64,000 nt of DNA, from contig JBEWZL010000053.1 in the NCBI GenBank assembly GCA_045837725.1, positions 1 through 64,000 of the forward strand, given 5' to 3'. The position numbers and the translations under genes are program-made. Positions within the stretch are counted from its first letter, which is position 1. Each line of letters opens with the position of its first letter. The notes under the pieces were generated by a model. The model was not told the DNA's origin, did not search any database, and saw only the letters and a program-made list of their open reading frames with translations. Origin of the DNA: Vermamoeba vermiformis. Taxonomy: Eukaryota. Positions 1 through 10,892 of the stretch are shown piece after piece.

Positions 1-2052
1 TAACCTTTCTATTATTAATTTAGGTGCCCGTTAATAAATATTATGACGAAATGGGATGCAATAAATACAATTGATTGATAGGACACTTTTCAGTAATCAC
101 GACACGAGCTGTGGATATTCTACGAGATATTTAAATATTTAATTTTATATTTTAATATTTTATGTATTGTTTGATATAAAACGGCGACTTATTACAGAAT
201 GATTAATAATAACATCCCCTTCGTCCCAGATCCGCCAGCAATTTCGGTGCATACATTATTTTGTATACACAGATTATAATGTACACGAAAAAGGAGAACC
301 AATTAGCCAAGTAATTAACAATGTTTTATTCAAACAAAGTGGAGAATACAATGACGTTGGAAAAGAGATCGCTATTCCACGGAAGAACATGTGAGACTAC
401 TGGGGCATCTTTGTGTAGCTCGGATCCAGACTTTTCCGGCTTTTGTTATAGCCCATGCCTCGTAGATCACTTGGTCAAGCGCTGTTGCTGGCGCTAGCTG
501 AACCAACAGTCTTGCCTCTTCTACAGAGAGTCGTACGTACTTGCGGTTTTCAGCGTCGGTAACGCAAACTCTGATGCAACTGCAGGTAGGGTAATTTACT
601 GGGTTCCAGTCCATGTTCATTTGTGGTCGTGTTTTGCTGTTTGAAGTTAAAAAACTTATTTTTTTTTCACCGGTTATTTTGTTACCTTGTCGAAGCCTCG
701 ACAACCAGAGCTCTGTAGACCAAACCAATTAATTGTCAATGTAATTAACAGTGCTGTCTCGGAAACGGATTATCAGGTACTTTAATTCGTGACTGGCAGT
801 CTGACATACGGATGTCAATAAATATTTTTCATTTCAACCCTTCGTTTCTTGAATAATTCTTTTTATTAATGGATATCCCCCCCACCTAGCATCTTTCATA
901 GCGCGTAAGGCTTAGGACACTGACTTACAAGTACGAATAATTTTTTGTATTGTTTTGGATGCAGGTTTTATAGCACTCAAGTGACGCACTACACGGCATA
1001 AATTCAAGTGTAGCACGTTTCGAAATCAAACCTGGCTTGTCAACGCTCAGCTGTAGCCACATTCCTAAAAGTCCTGCAGAGAAATTTTCGGTACGTAAAA
1101 CCTTACATTTTCCAAACCTCTGAAGGGTTAGTTTAGGTCGTAACACGCGAGCTACGAGGTTTGCGAGGGTTTGAAAGCCAGTGCGCACCCGTGGGTTTGC
1201 CAGAGGGATGAGCAAACCCTCTGTTAAAACAACGTAAGTCAAGGAGTATGCCTTGTCACGAATATTACTAACAGCGTTAGCAGTGCACGGAATTAATGCA
1301 TTCATCAATTATTCTTGCCAAGGGCTAGCACAGAGGAACGAGACTCCTGTTTGTATACACAATCGGTGGAATGTATATGACAAACAAATTTGTATACACA
1401 ATTTACAAAATGCACATGTTATTTAAAGTAAATGTCCCTGTTGTACTGTAGACTCTCCTCAGTGTTTCCTTTATTATTCTCGACTGATAAATGCTTAAAA
1501 ATAGGAGCAAATTCCGTTCCCAAGTCCTAAAGATGCAAGAGCACTTGTATATATACATAACAGATTTCGTATACACATTCACTCTTTTTTAATGCGGACT
1601 GGGTAACAACTGGAAGGAAGAAGAATAACACAATTTAAGTATATTAATAGGCATTTCCTAAAAATGCTTTGAAAAAAGCGTTCATGGAACCATAAGCAAT
1701 CAAACTTTAAATTTTGTATATACTTTTTTATTTTGTATACGCATTACACGGCAAGTTTCATTGTTTAATGTCACAAAAGCCTATAAACCTAAGCCAGCCT
1801 ACTCCTAAGGCTATATATAATTCTAAGTAAATTAAAGTTAAACTTGTCTCTTAGTGTTTTTATTTTGGCATGCTTTTCAATGCAAAAGTGACTGCAAAAA
1901 GACAAAAAAAGTCAAAATTTAACAAAAAAGGGGTTTAACTGGACTTTAAACTCTATAACCCTTAAATTTCTATAACCCAGAAGCCTACTATAATTTGTTT
2001 ATTTTAGTAACTTTTCAAGGCTAGCCCTATATGGCCAGGCCATTTTACATAT

Positions 2053-2074
2053 GGCAAGATCCACGAGTCTCAGC
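2053..2074 (+). repeat. Left terminal inverted repeat
   Basis: GGCAAGATCCACGAGTCTCAGC, exact reverse complement of 7258-7279. Confidence 0.95.
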
Positions 2075-2267
2075 TTATGAGAAATTGTAATATGTAAGCA
2101 GAACAAGAAGAAAACTGTAAAAGTTTAACAAAAATAAAGGCGTTCGATGATGAAACTGCAAAATTTAAAGATAAAAGGAGTAGTAAAATAAATTCTAAGA
2201 ATACCAATTTATTTAGTTAGTAGAGCAAAAACCTTCGAGCAAGGATAAAAAGATCTACAAAAAGTGC

Positions 2268-4993
2268 TTAGTCGTCTTCTTCTGTTAAAGCAAATCGACG
2301 GACTGGTGACATTTGCCCGTCTTCTGCATCACCAACATCAGCTTCTTCAACATTGTTGTTGTTGAATTTCGGCATTGGAGTGGTTCCTCGGACACTTGGA
2401 GTAACAGGCAACAAAGGCTCATCAAAGGCGTCTGGCAAAAAAGCTTTGGCTGGAGTGCTTGGCTGTTGGGCTGTCCCCTCAGGTGCAGCAAGAGAGGACA
2501 CAGCAAGGGCAGTAGAGACAGCTAGAGCAGCCTGGGGGTCATCGACAGAGCGGCTCAAAACTCGGCAAACGTGGGCTTTAATCTTGTTCTTCAGTGGGCC
2601 GTTGGTGATGTAGCCCACGTAGCTGCGGCTTGATAGGGCAGCAGCAATGTAACCGGTCTGTAAATGAGTTAGTAAAGCAAGGCGAAGGATACAACACGAC
2701 ATACACCAGATAAGTTGTTGAGCTCCAAAATAACACCATCAGCAGGAGTGTACACAGAGAAGATGAAGCACAGAACCTGGACTGGAGGTTGGCGGGGAAA
2801 CAATGCCGTTGAGGTCAAACTGAGCTTTTCACGAAGCATCTCGTAAGCAGGAGGTGTTTTAAAGACACCATGCTGCCAATTTGGGTTGTAATGCCCATGC
2901 TTGACCCAGTTACCTTCATTGGTATTAAAACATGGAGCATTGCCAGCACGAAGGCGCAAGAAGTAGAAATCCCACGTGGTTTGAACAGGATTAATGCCAG
3001 TGAAGGACTTAACAGGAGGGGCGCTCAGGCATGCAGTGTACTTGAACTCGAAAACCAAAGGATTCTGTGGTTGAGAAAGCGAGTGAAAAATTGAATACGC
3101 TGCGCTTGGATCCGCAAGAATGACCAGGCGAGAAGAAAGGTGCATGCATTTCAGAATTGGCTGCAGCAAGGAGTTGCGGAATTGCTCAGCATTTTCAAGC
3201 ACCAAGAAAATAAGATCTGCTCTGAGCTGCAGCTGAATATGAGAGAAGGAGTTCACCACTCGGAAATGCGGGTCAAAATGCTTTTCAACATTAGCCACCA
3301 AGTCTTTGCGGAAGGGAACATCCTCGTCCACGTCACTCTCAGATTCATCATTGCCAGGCGCAGTAATGACAGCGCCTTCACTATCGTCCTTCTTCTGTGA
3401 AACGTAATGAGAAAAGAAAAACGCGCGGCGCGTTTTTGGTGACTTACATTTGTACGTGACTTTTTTTGTGGTGGTTCTGCATCTGCAGGTGCAGCAGGGT
3501 CGCGGTCTCGTTTTCGGGATTCCTTTTCTGGAACAGGGAGATCAACTGGCAAGCGTTCTTTAAGAACCTTATCTGCACCTTTCGTGTTCTTTGAGGCAGT
3601 AGGTGACTTCTACAAGGAGTCAGATTGGTGGGGGCAAAAACGCGTGGCGTGTTTTTAAGGGTACTTACAGGTACTGTTTTTGTTGTTGCAACAGCTTTGA
3701 CTTTCACGCTTTTCACAGCAACAGAGGCGTTCAAATCTTTGATGAAGGCTTGCATTGCAGCACTCTCCAAATCATTTGCCGTAGCGGTCTCCAATGCTTC
3801 AAAAGTTCCAGCTTGGATTGCTTCCACATAGTCTTCCAGAAGATCCGCATTGGGTGCCTGCTGCCTGACATAATCAACCATTGAAACAATGTGTGCTTGA
3901 CGAGCAACGATGCCAGAAAACTCTGAAAATGATTAGATGGTAAAAACGTGCCACGCGTTTTTGCTTACCAGTCAAACTTGCTTTGTTGTCGTTTTTGATA
4001 GCCCACGACACAAATTCCTCAATGGCAGCAAGTTTGTACATATCGTCCAACTTCCAGAATGCTTTGTTCTCAGTGATGCAAGATAGCTTCATGGGGTTTT
4101 TGTAGCCGTACTTCAGATGCAACTCCTTGAGTTTCTTGTAAACAGCGTTTTGGGCAATGTCTTCCGCTCCTTTGTTTGTTAGCTTGTTGTATGCGGTGTA
4201 CAACTTCTTGGCCAAGTCCAACGCGAGCCCATCACGTTTTCCCTGTCGTCCTCGTTAGAAAGAATTATTGGCCTTCAAATATTGCTACTTACAGACAACT
4301 GGTGAATGCGTGCCCAGTTTACCGTGACCTTTTTTCCCTTCGTTTTTGTTCGTACACCAGGCATTTCAAGGTACCGAATTAGCTTCTGCAGGTACTCGAA
4401 CCAAGGGGCTTTGGCAGTACCATCTTGCGCTTTAGCATTATTTGCACCAGCAAGAACCTCGCGTTCTTCTTCAGTCATGGTAACTCCGTTGAGAGAAGCC
4501 TTCAAAATGAGGCATGGCCACTCTTCAATATCACTACAAAAAGTTAGCTAGAGCAAAAACGCGTCACGCGTTTTTACTCACTGGCTTTGTAAAACTTCAA
4601 AACGGTGATTTCCACCAAGAATTAGGTACTCGGGCTTCTTATCTTTGTTAATTTTGTCTTCTTCGGGAAGCTCTTGTAACAGAAAAGGCTCGCTATAATC
4701 CAAGCCTTTGTCGAAGTTTCCTCCACCCATCTTTATTATTTGTTGCTCGATGGTTTTTTTGCCTTCTTCCGTCACCAAACGGTAGTTTCCTGAATGGAGG
4801 TTAGTAAAAACGCGCCACGCGTTTTTGCTCCCGTACCTCGTTTTGTCATTTGAGACAGCAGAACATTGCGTGGCTTATCGTACTTCAGCCATTTCTGGAG
4901 CAGTTCTATGGGCTTGTCTATGTTGACAAGCTGTTGTTCCTCGTCTGTATCCTCCTGTTTCTTGGAGGTATTTCTTTTATTTGTGTTGCTCAT
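2268..4993 (-). CDS. Transposon accessory protein: N-terminal ParB/Srx-like domain plus C-terminal degenerate beta-class N4/N6 DNA methyltransferase fold (8 exons)
   Basis: Removing introns 4790-4836, 4534-4581, 4243-4292, 3923-3968, 3610-3668, 3395-3447 and 2658-2704 (all GT-AG) gives one continuous frame. ParB-like: GNYRLVTEEGKKTIEQQI...YLILGGNHRFEVLQSHDIEEWPCLIL. MTase-like: ADLIFLV...FPRQPPVQVLCFIFSVYTPADGVILELNNLSGTGYIAAALSSRSYVGY. Confidence 0.75.
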
Positions 4994-5718
4994 GTTTGAA
5001 GGGAATGAATAATGACCGCATAAAAATTTTTTTTGTTCGACGGTTTGACCAAACGTTGACCGTTGACCAAACGTTGACCAGGTCCAAAAGGAAAAACGCG
5101 CCACGCGTTTTTGCCATTCATATGGTTAATCACAACAACAATGGACACACCTCTTCTTGATGTCGTTCTTGCTCTACCTCCGCACGAAATTGAGCCTGCT
5201 ATTTTGGACGTTTTGCAGCATCATCGCATCACTCTGCACTTGCGTGTTCTCAAGCATGCTTCTGTCCAGCATGCTCTGCTATCAAATTACGGTAGATCCC
5301 TGCGGATTGCGGCAAGCAGTGAACGCACTTCAGGGTTCTTCCGTGGATCTTTGTCCTCAATGCTTCACGCTTCGATTGACAAGGCAGCAGTTGCTTCATT
5401 GCTTAATGTATCACCAAGTAGCGTTTCTCGTGCGCTTTCCATTTCAAATGAACGCTATCACAATGGGTTAATGACTGGCATTCACAACAAGTTTGCTTCC
5501 CCCACCAAGTACAAAGTTAGTCGACTTCCCGTGGCCACCTCCATTGTGACTGATTGGATAATTTCACACTGTCGCCCTTCTGCAAACTCGGCAAATGTTG
5601 TTCGCAATCGCAATGCTGATGGCACATGGTCTTATGAAATAATGCACTACCGCAATGAATCAATTGCAGAGCTGTTCACCAAGTACAAGGCAGGTACCAA
5701 AAACGCGTGACGCGTTTT
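3417..5718. repeat. Seven dispersed copies of the 21-bp palindrome AAAAACGCG-NNN-CGCGTTTTT
   Basis: Copies at 3417-3437, 3636-3656, 3942-3962, 4555-4575, 4806-4826, 5092-5112 and 5699-5718, each with 0-1 mismatch. Six lie in introns and one in the divergent promoter. Confidence 0.95.
4994..5140. promoter_or_regulatory. Bidirectional promoter of the transposon genes, with TTGACCAAACGTTGACC direct repeats and one palindrome copy
   Basis: 147 bp between divergent ATGs, tandem GTTGACC(AAAC) repeats at about 5044-5080, palindrome at 5092-5112. Confidence 0.55.
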
Positions 5719-7179
5719 CTAATACCCTTCCTTCAGGTGCAACATCAAGCAGATGCTGTTGGCAAATCTACGTTCTATTCACTTGTGCCCAAATGTGTTT
5801 ATCTTCAGCCCTACTATTCTGGCCTCTGCCCAACATGTGCATCTGATAAACATTGGCAAATGATGCTTAATCGAAACAGGCGCTCTTGGCATGCCGACTG
5901 CCACTGCCAGTGCACCTACTGCACAGTTTGCAACCATGCTCTGTCATGCCCTGCTGATTGTGTTTGCAAAGGTGATGAGTGTCCTATTGAAATGTCAAAC
6001 ATTCCACAACAATGGATTGTTCCTCAGGCCAGCAAGGCTCTGCGCAATGACCGTGACAAGCATGCCCCAAATCAAATGGTACATGTATGGCAGCAAGGCA
6101 CGCGCCGCCAGTTCATGGAGAATTGCAGTCTTGTTGCTGAAAGGTGCACTGATCACAAGCTTCATGTTTCTTGGCAAAAGCAAGTTATTTCAACACTTAA
6201 GAAAAAGCTTCCTTGGAACACTGTAATGATGCGCTGGGATTTCTTGATGAACTATTCCCATGTTAGCTCAGTTGAAGTGGGCAATGCTTTCTATGGGCGC
6301 CGCCAGTCTACTGTTCTAATTGCCACTGTCTGGTATCATGGACCTGACAGTACGCCAGAATCCCCAAAAATCACCAAAACCTACCATGCATTTGTCAGCC
6401 CTTACCTGTCCCATTCTTCTTTGGTTTTTCAGAAAGCATTTGCTGCACTACTTCCACAATTGGATTTGCACACAGATGTTGTCAACTGCATCATTCTCTC
6501 CGATGGTGGCATGCAGCATTTTAAAAACAGAATCTCAATGCATTGGGGAACAACTGTCTTCAACAAGTTCAACATCCGCTTACGTTGGATAATTGACCCT
6601 GCTTACCATGGCAAGGGTGAATGTGATGGCCGTGGTGCTAAGCTGAAAAAGAAAGCTAAAATTCATGTTCTCAAGGAAGATGGTTTCCTTGATACTCCAG
6701 AACAGCTAGCCAATTATTGGAATACAGTGCCAGGTGGCACTTCTTCGTTTCTCAACATAGACTGGGAGGACACAGAACAGGATGTGCAGACGATAAATGG
6801 CATTAAAGCCTGCTATGACTTCTGCTTCTCACGCAATGAAACTCAGTTGTACATGAGGAAATGGCCTTGTGTGTGTGCCGACTGCCTTGACTTTAACTTT
6901 GGCAGTTGCAAGCGAGGTGCTCAAGTAGGAGAATGGCTGTTTCGTCAGACAAAGCCAACCAATGTAAATCACCCAAAAGGACTCAACCCTCCTGTTGTTG
7001 TGGAAGAAGAAGTCGAACACTGTGAGGTTGAGAAAATTGTTGGTAAACGTATGTTCAAAGACAAAGTACAGTATCAGATTAAGTGGCTTGGTTTCACCGA
7101 AGAGTACAATGAATGGAAGTACGAAGATGAAATGGATTGCGAAGACCTTGTTCTTGCTTTTGAAAACGATCACAAATAA
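5141..7179 (+). CDS. Sola2-like DDD transposase with Cys-rich region and C-terminal chromodomain (2 exons)
   Basis: GKSTFYSLVP, CPTC/Cys cluster, catalytic Asp codons at about 6238 (WDF), 6502 (SDG) and 6625 (CDG), CxCxxC motif, chromodomain EVEKIVGKR..KVQYQIKWLGF.EEYNEWKYEDEMDC. One intron at about 5690-5736. Confidence 0.85.
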
Positions 7180-7257
7180 AAATGCAACCCTTTTATTTTT
7201 GTACAATAACAGCAATTTCAACATAAAAATAAATTCTTGTAAATATTGGCGGTTTTG

Positions 7258-7279
7258 GCTGAGACTCGTGGATCTTGCC
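7258..7279 (-). repeat. Right terminal inverted repeat
   Basis: GCTGAGACTCGTGGATCTTGCC followed by ATAT. Confidence 0.95.
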
Positions 7280-7299
7280 ATATATGAATAATCAAAAAC

Positions 7300-9096
7300 A
7301 TGACACAATCAGCAGAAAACCAAAGGAGGTTTTTAGGGCATTCAACCCCACTGATGATACTAAAGGTAACTTAAATGATATTGATTCTTATAAAATTAAT
7401 CCAAAAAAACTCAATCAATAGCTATATAAACTAATCTGCTTACTTGTAGTCTCAATCAAGCAGTGAAAGGCCTTTGCTGAGAAAGTCTACAAGCAGACTG
7501 GTGAAAGAATCCAACAAAAAGCCACCCAGAATATTCATTGCCATGAAAAGAAGTACAATGTGTGAGTGTTTCTTCCTGGTGAGATCATGTGAGTGGATGT
7601 AGGCAAACAGTCAAAATTGAAGAAAAAACGGGAAGTAAAGAAGGCAATAGTTGTAGTGATACTTACCAATAACTACTATCTCATCGAATTTTGGTGAAGG
7701 AGATCAGCAAGGAAAGCAAAAAGAGTTTGGCACGAACAACTTGAGTTGTATTTCAAGAATGTCACATAGAACTTTGTTGGCATCCAAAAATATTTTTGAA
7801 TTAACTTCATCGACAACTACTTCAAATCTTTTTTTTACATCCTTGTTCACTTGATTTTTTAAGTCTACTAATTTATCTATTCCAGGCAAAACTTCATCCA
7901 GCTCACCAAGTTGCCGAAAGGTCTTGTAAGCATCATCACTCATTAAGCCTTCCATTTTGGCTAGTAGCAATTGTAAACAACTATTTTAAGCTTATTATCT
8001 ATACCTTTTTACAATACATTTTGCCTCTCTTGCTTGGCAACGTCAGTTGGGGTGCTGCATTAGTTAACATCCATTGCCGAACAGCAGCTAATATTGGATG
8101 AATAGCTTTGCAAATACACGTTGCTACCTCTTCAATTGATAATTGTTCATTAACAAGCAAATGGTCAAGCATCTGCAGCAGTCCCTCAATCCTCTTCATT
8201 CAGAACCATTTGGTGGCTACAAGTCCAGCTGGAACTCTATGCCTACCTGGCAAGTTTCTATTTTGTTGCTGTTGCATGCTGAATAATAAAATTCAACTGA
8301 TTTACAAAACATAATTAAATTTTATTTTTACCAAATTAGTACATGACTATCACGCTACATCATGAACTGCACAAACTTAATTAAATATAGTACCTTGCTC
8401 TTTCTTTTTCTCTTTTCACTGCAAACCAGAATTGGACACGACATACCTTGGATTTGATACAATAACTCCATTTGAAATGACCTTGGCGAAGCTCCAAGTA
8501 ATATGGATTGTTGTTTGTGTCTACTAATGTTTTGTTACTGATGTCCTTTCCGAACACGGTAGTGATAAGTTGTGTAGAATTGAAAACTCCACGGACACGT
8601 GTACTGCTTTGTGTTTGGTTTCCTTTGAGCCTCTCCTTCAAAACAGTCCATTTTAACTCTGACGCATCGAAATTGGCAAACAACAGATTTGCAAAGGCAA
8701 CGCTGGGCAACTAATAAATTAATTAATTTATTCAATTAATAATATGTATTTCACTTACCCAAAACTGAAACCTTGCTCGTGGCCTTCCATTGCATCTTTT
8801 TCCCTATTTGGCCTTCGATATAAGCATGAGCCTCATCCGCCACCAAACTTGAGCCAGCGTCGTTATTCACCAAATTTTCCAAAATAGTGCTCTCATGCAT
8901 TATGTGTGCTGTCCTAGGAGTGAGGCGACGACGTGAAACAGCCCGCAATGCTCGTCTTAGTTCTTCATCTTCAGTTCGGCGACGGATGGGACATTGGAAA
9001 CCCCTACGCAGCTCTGGGGTGGCTCTTCTAGCAGGCAAAACTCGTGCACCAGATGAGACGCTGAGTTGCACTAAAGTAGCTTCAGTTGAAGACATG
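7300..9096 (-). pseudogene. Degenerate multi-exon gene, possibly an older transposase-like gene interrupted by the Sola2-like insertion
   Basis: Fragmented minus-strand ORFs (8751-9155, 8381-8710, 7999-8199, 7704-7970) with stops. The segment MSDDAYKTFRQLGELDEVLPGIDKLVDLKNQVN resembles the 'S..Y..lR...lP' N-terminal motif of Transib/RAG/P-type transposases. Part of the region appears CpG-poor by eye. Confidence 0.3.
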
Positions 9097-9241
9097 ATAG
9101 CAATTTTAATATTTAATAAGACAATTTGTTGTTGATAATTCAATACATACCTCATTGCTAGCGTTCATATTTATGTTGTTGTAAAACTTGGGTTATATCA
9201 CGTTGCGAAGGCGATTTTTCAGCATTCACTGAAAACCCGTT

Positions 9242-10680
9242 CTATTGAACTGCCGTAGAAAAGATGTTCGCTATAATCCAACATCCCAGCATCAGTGCGA
9301 GGGTTGTAACGCGCGGGCGTGATAAGTACCACGGTCGCTCGAGGTTTGTTAATAGCCACGCTACACCGGCACGAGCGATGAGAGTCTTCCAGTCCATGCT
9401 TATTGTGAGCTCACCTACAGAAAAGGCGAATGCACAAAAAGTTGCAGCTGTAATCCATTGCAATCGTTGCTCACCGACCAACCGATCGCGGAATAACTTG
9501 AACCAGAACCAGAGCATGTAAAAGCGACTGCACATTGCTACAATATCAAGGTACAGCGACGCATTCGAGGCAGCTAAAACGACTTCGACAAGCACAGCGA
9601 GAGGGAGGTGGATTCGAAGTGTTGGTCGTGCAGGTACCATCGAGATAAAATTCGACACACGTTTGATGGAGTAGGGCAGATATCGTGATAAAGAAAGGAC
9701 ACCACGCATGACCGACGAATGGGGAGCGAGACTAATCACTGCCGACAGTATCAACGGTGAGGCCGCCAGAAACACTGCTTCGAGCGTGGCCGAAGTGCGC
9801 GGAAATATGCCTGAGAAGAGTTAATTGACTGAAAATGGAGTGCAGGAGTGGAGCGTACCAGCAACGAGAGCTCTCTTTTGTTTGACTCTATAGTGCAATA
9901 TCTTTAACACCGCACCTTCGTTGTGTGAGACACATAACAGTGTGACATCGTCGCCCGCGTGCAGTTCTTGGCCTGGACACGTGTCGTCCAGAATCTTGCG
10001 CTGCACGAGTACATCGCGCCGCGTGGAATCTTTCAAATGCACGTACAAATCATGCGTGCGCACCTGGCTGATATTGCCCTCGAATTTAAACAGCAAGCTG
10101 TTGGGAGGGTTAGATTAGTACAGGCGATCGCAAGTCTATGTCATACGTATTCTCCTCTTCAAGTGGTGTAGTCAATGCTATTCGGTTCGTAAATCGATAT
10201 TTGTAATCAATAAGGATCATATTGCGCTCGCGAGCAAAGAACGCATCGAGGTAACGTTCTTTCCAAGGCTGATCGAGTAACTGCGCGGATTAATTTGTTA
10301 TTTTCAATAAAAAAAACAACGTACCTCCATTGTCAATCTTCTATATTGTCCAAACGCCCGGCTTAACACCGCGTGTGGGGCAGTAGGAAATGCATCCCTT
10401 GGTTGAAATTAGTTTTGACCAAACAGGAGGAGACGTAATACACGTACTTTATATATAAATCTCGCCATAATGATTTAGCGATACGTGACCATTTTTTAGA
10501 TACGCTCTCGCACCGTGCCAACGAAAAATGCGACAGATGAAGCAAGATTAGGCACAACAGTTCCTACGAGCATCAAAAAAATATTAAAAAAATTATGATA
10601 GGCTCCAACAAAGCCAAACATGACCCGTGCAGCACCGTCACGTATCAACAAAAATAAATTACCTCAGGTAGGGCGTTCAT
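9242..10680 (-). CDS. F-box protein with hydrophobic C-terminus (multi-exon; downstream exons tentatively joined)
   Basis: Spliced N-terminus MNALPE|ELLCLILLHLSHFSLARCESVSKKWSRIAKSLWRDLY is an F-box motif. Downstream ORFs 9821-10096 and 9242-9775 lie on the same strand. Confidence 0.55.
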
Positions 10681-10892
10681 TCAAGCAAGACTCCGTTTTG
10701 TATAACGGTTATCGCCGATACATTTATAAACGAAATTATTAATATTTTATTGCCCCCTCGTGAAGGACAGAAGCGAACTTGACGAAAATTATTTTTTATT
10801 TTGTTAAACCTTCCTTTTCAGAACACAACAGGGTAACCCTTTAGGTTCTGCCACCAAACCCTAATAACCCTTTTATTTTGCTTTCCCGTAGA

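Larger units (their letters stand above)
2053..7279. mobile_element. Sola2-like cut-and-paste DNA transposon (about 5.2 kb) carrying two divergent genes
   Basis: Perfect 22-bp TIRs (GGCAAGATCCACGAGTCTCAGC at 2053-2074, reverse complement at 7258-7279), flanked on both sides by ATAT (2049-2052, 7280-7283). Internal ORF has DDD transposase motifs WDFxxNY / SDGxxQHFKN / HGKGECDG. Confidence 0.9.

Noticed and set aside
372-1308. ORFs 372-728 and 925-1308 as genes
   Set aside because: No recognisable domain or reliable gene structure; they lie in decayed sequence.
2049-2054. Alternative boundary with TA duplication and 5'-TGG termini (Tc1/mariner-like)
   Set aside because: Formally compatible with the flanks, but the transposase motifs are Sola-like, which implies a 4-bp TSD. 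ATAT is preferred pending other copies.
3417-5718. Palindromic repeats as a CRISPR array
   Set aside because: Spacing is irregular (about 220-610 bp), the intervening DNA is coding exons, no cas genes are present, and the context is eukaryotic.
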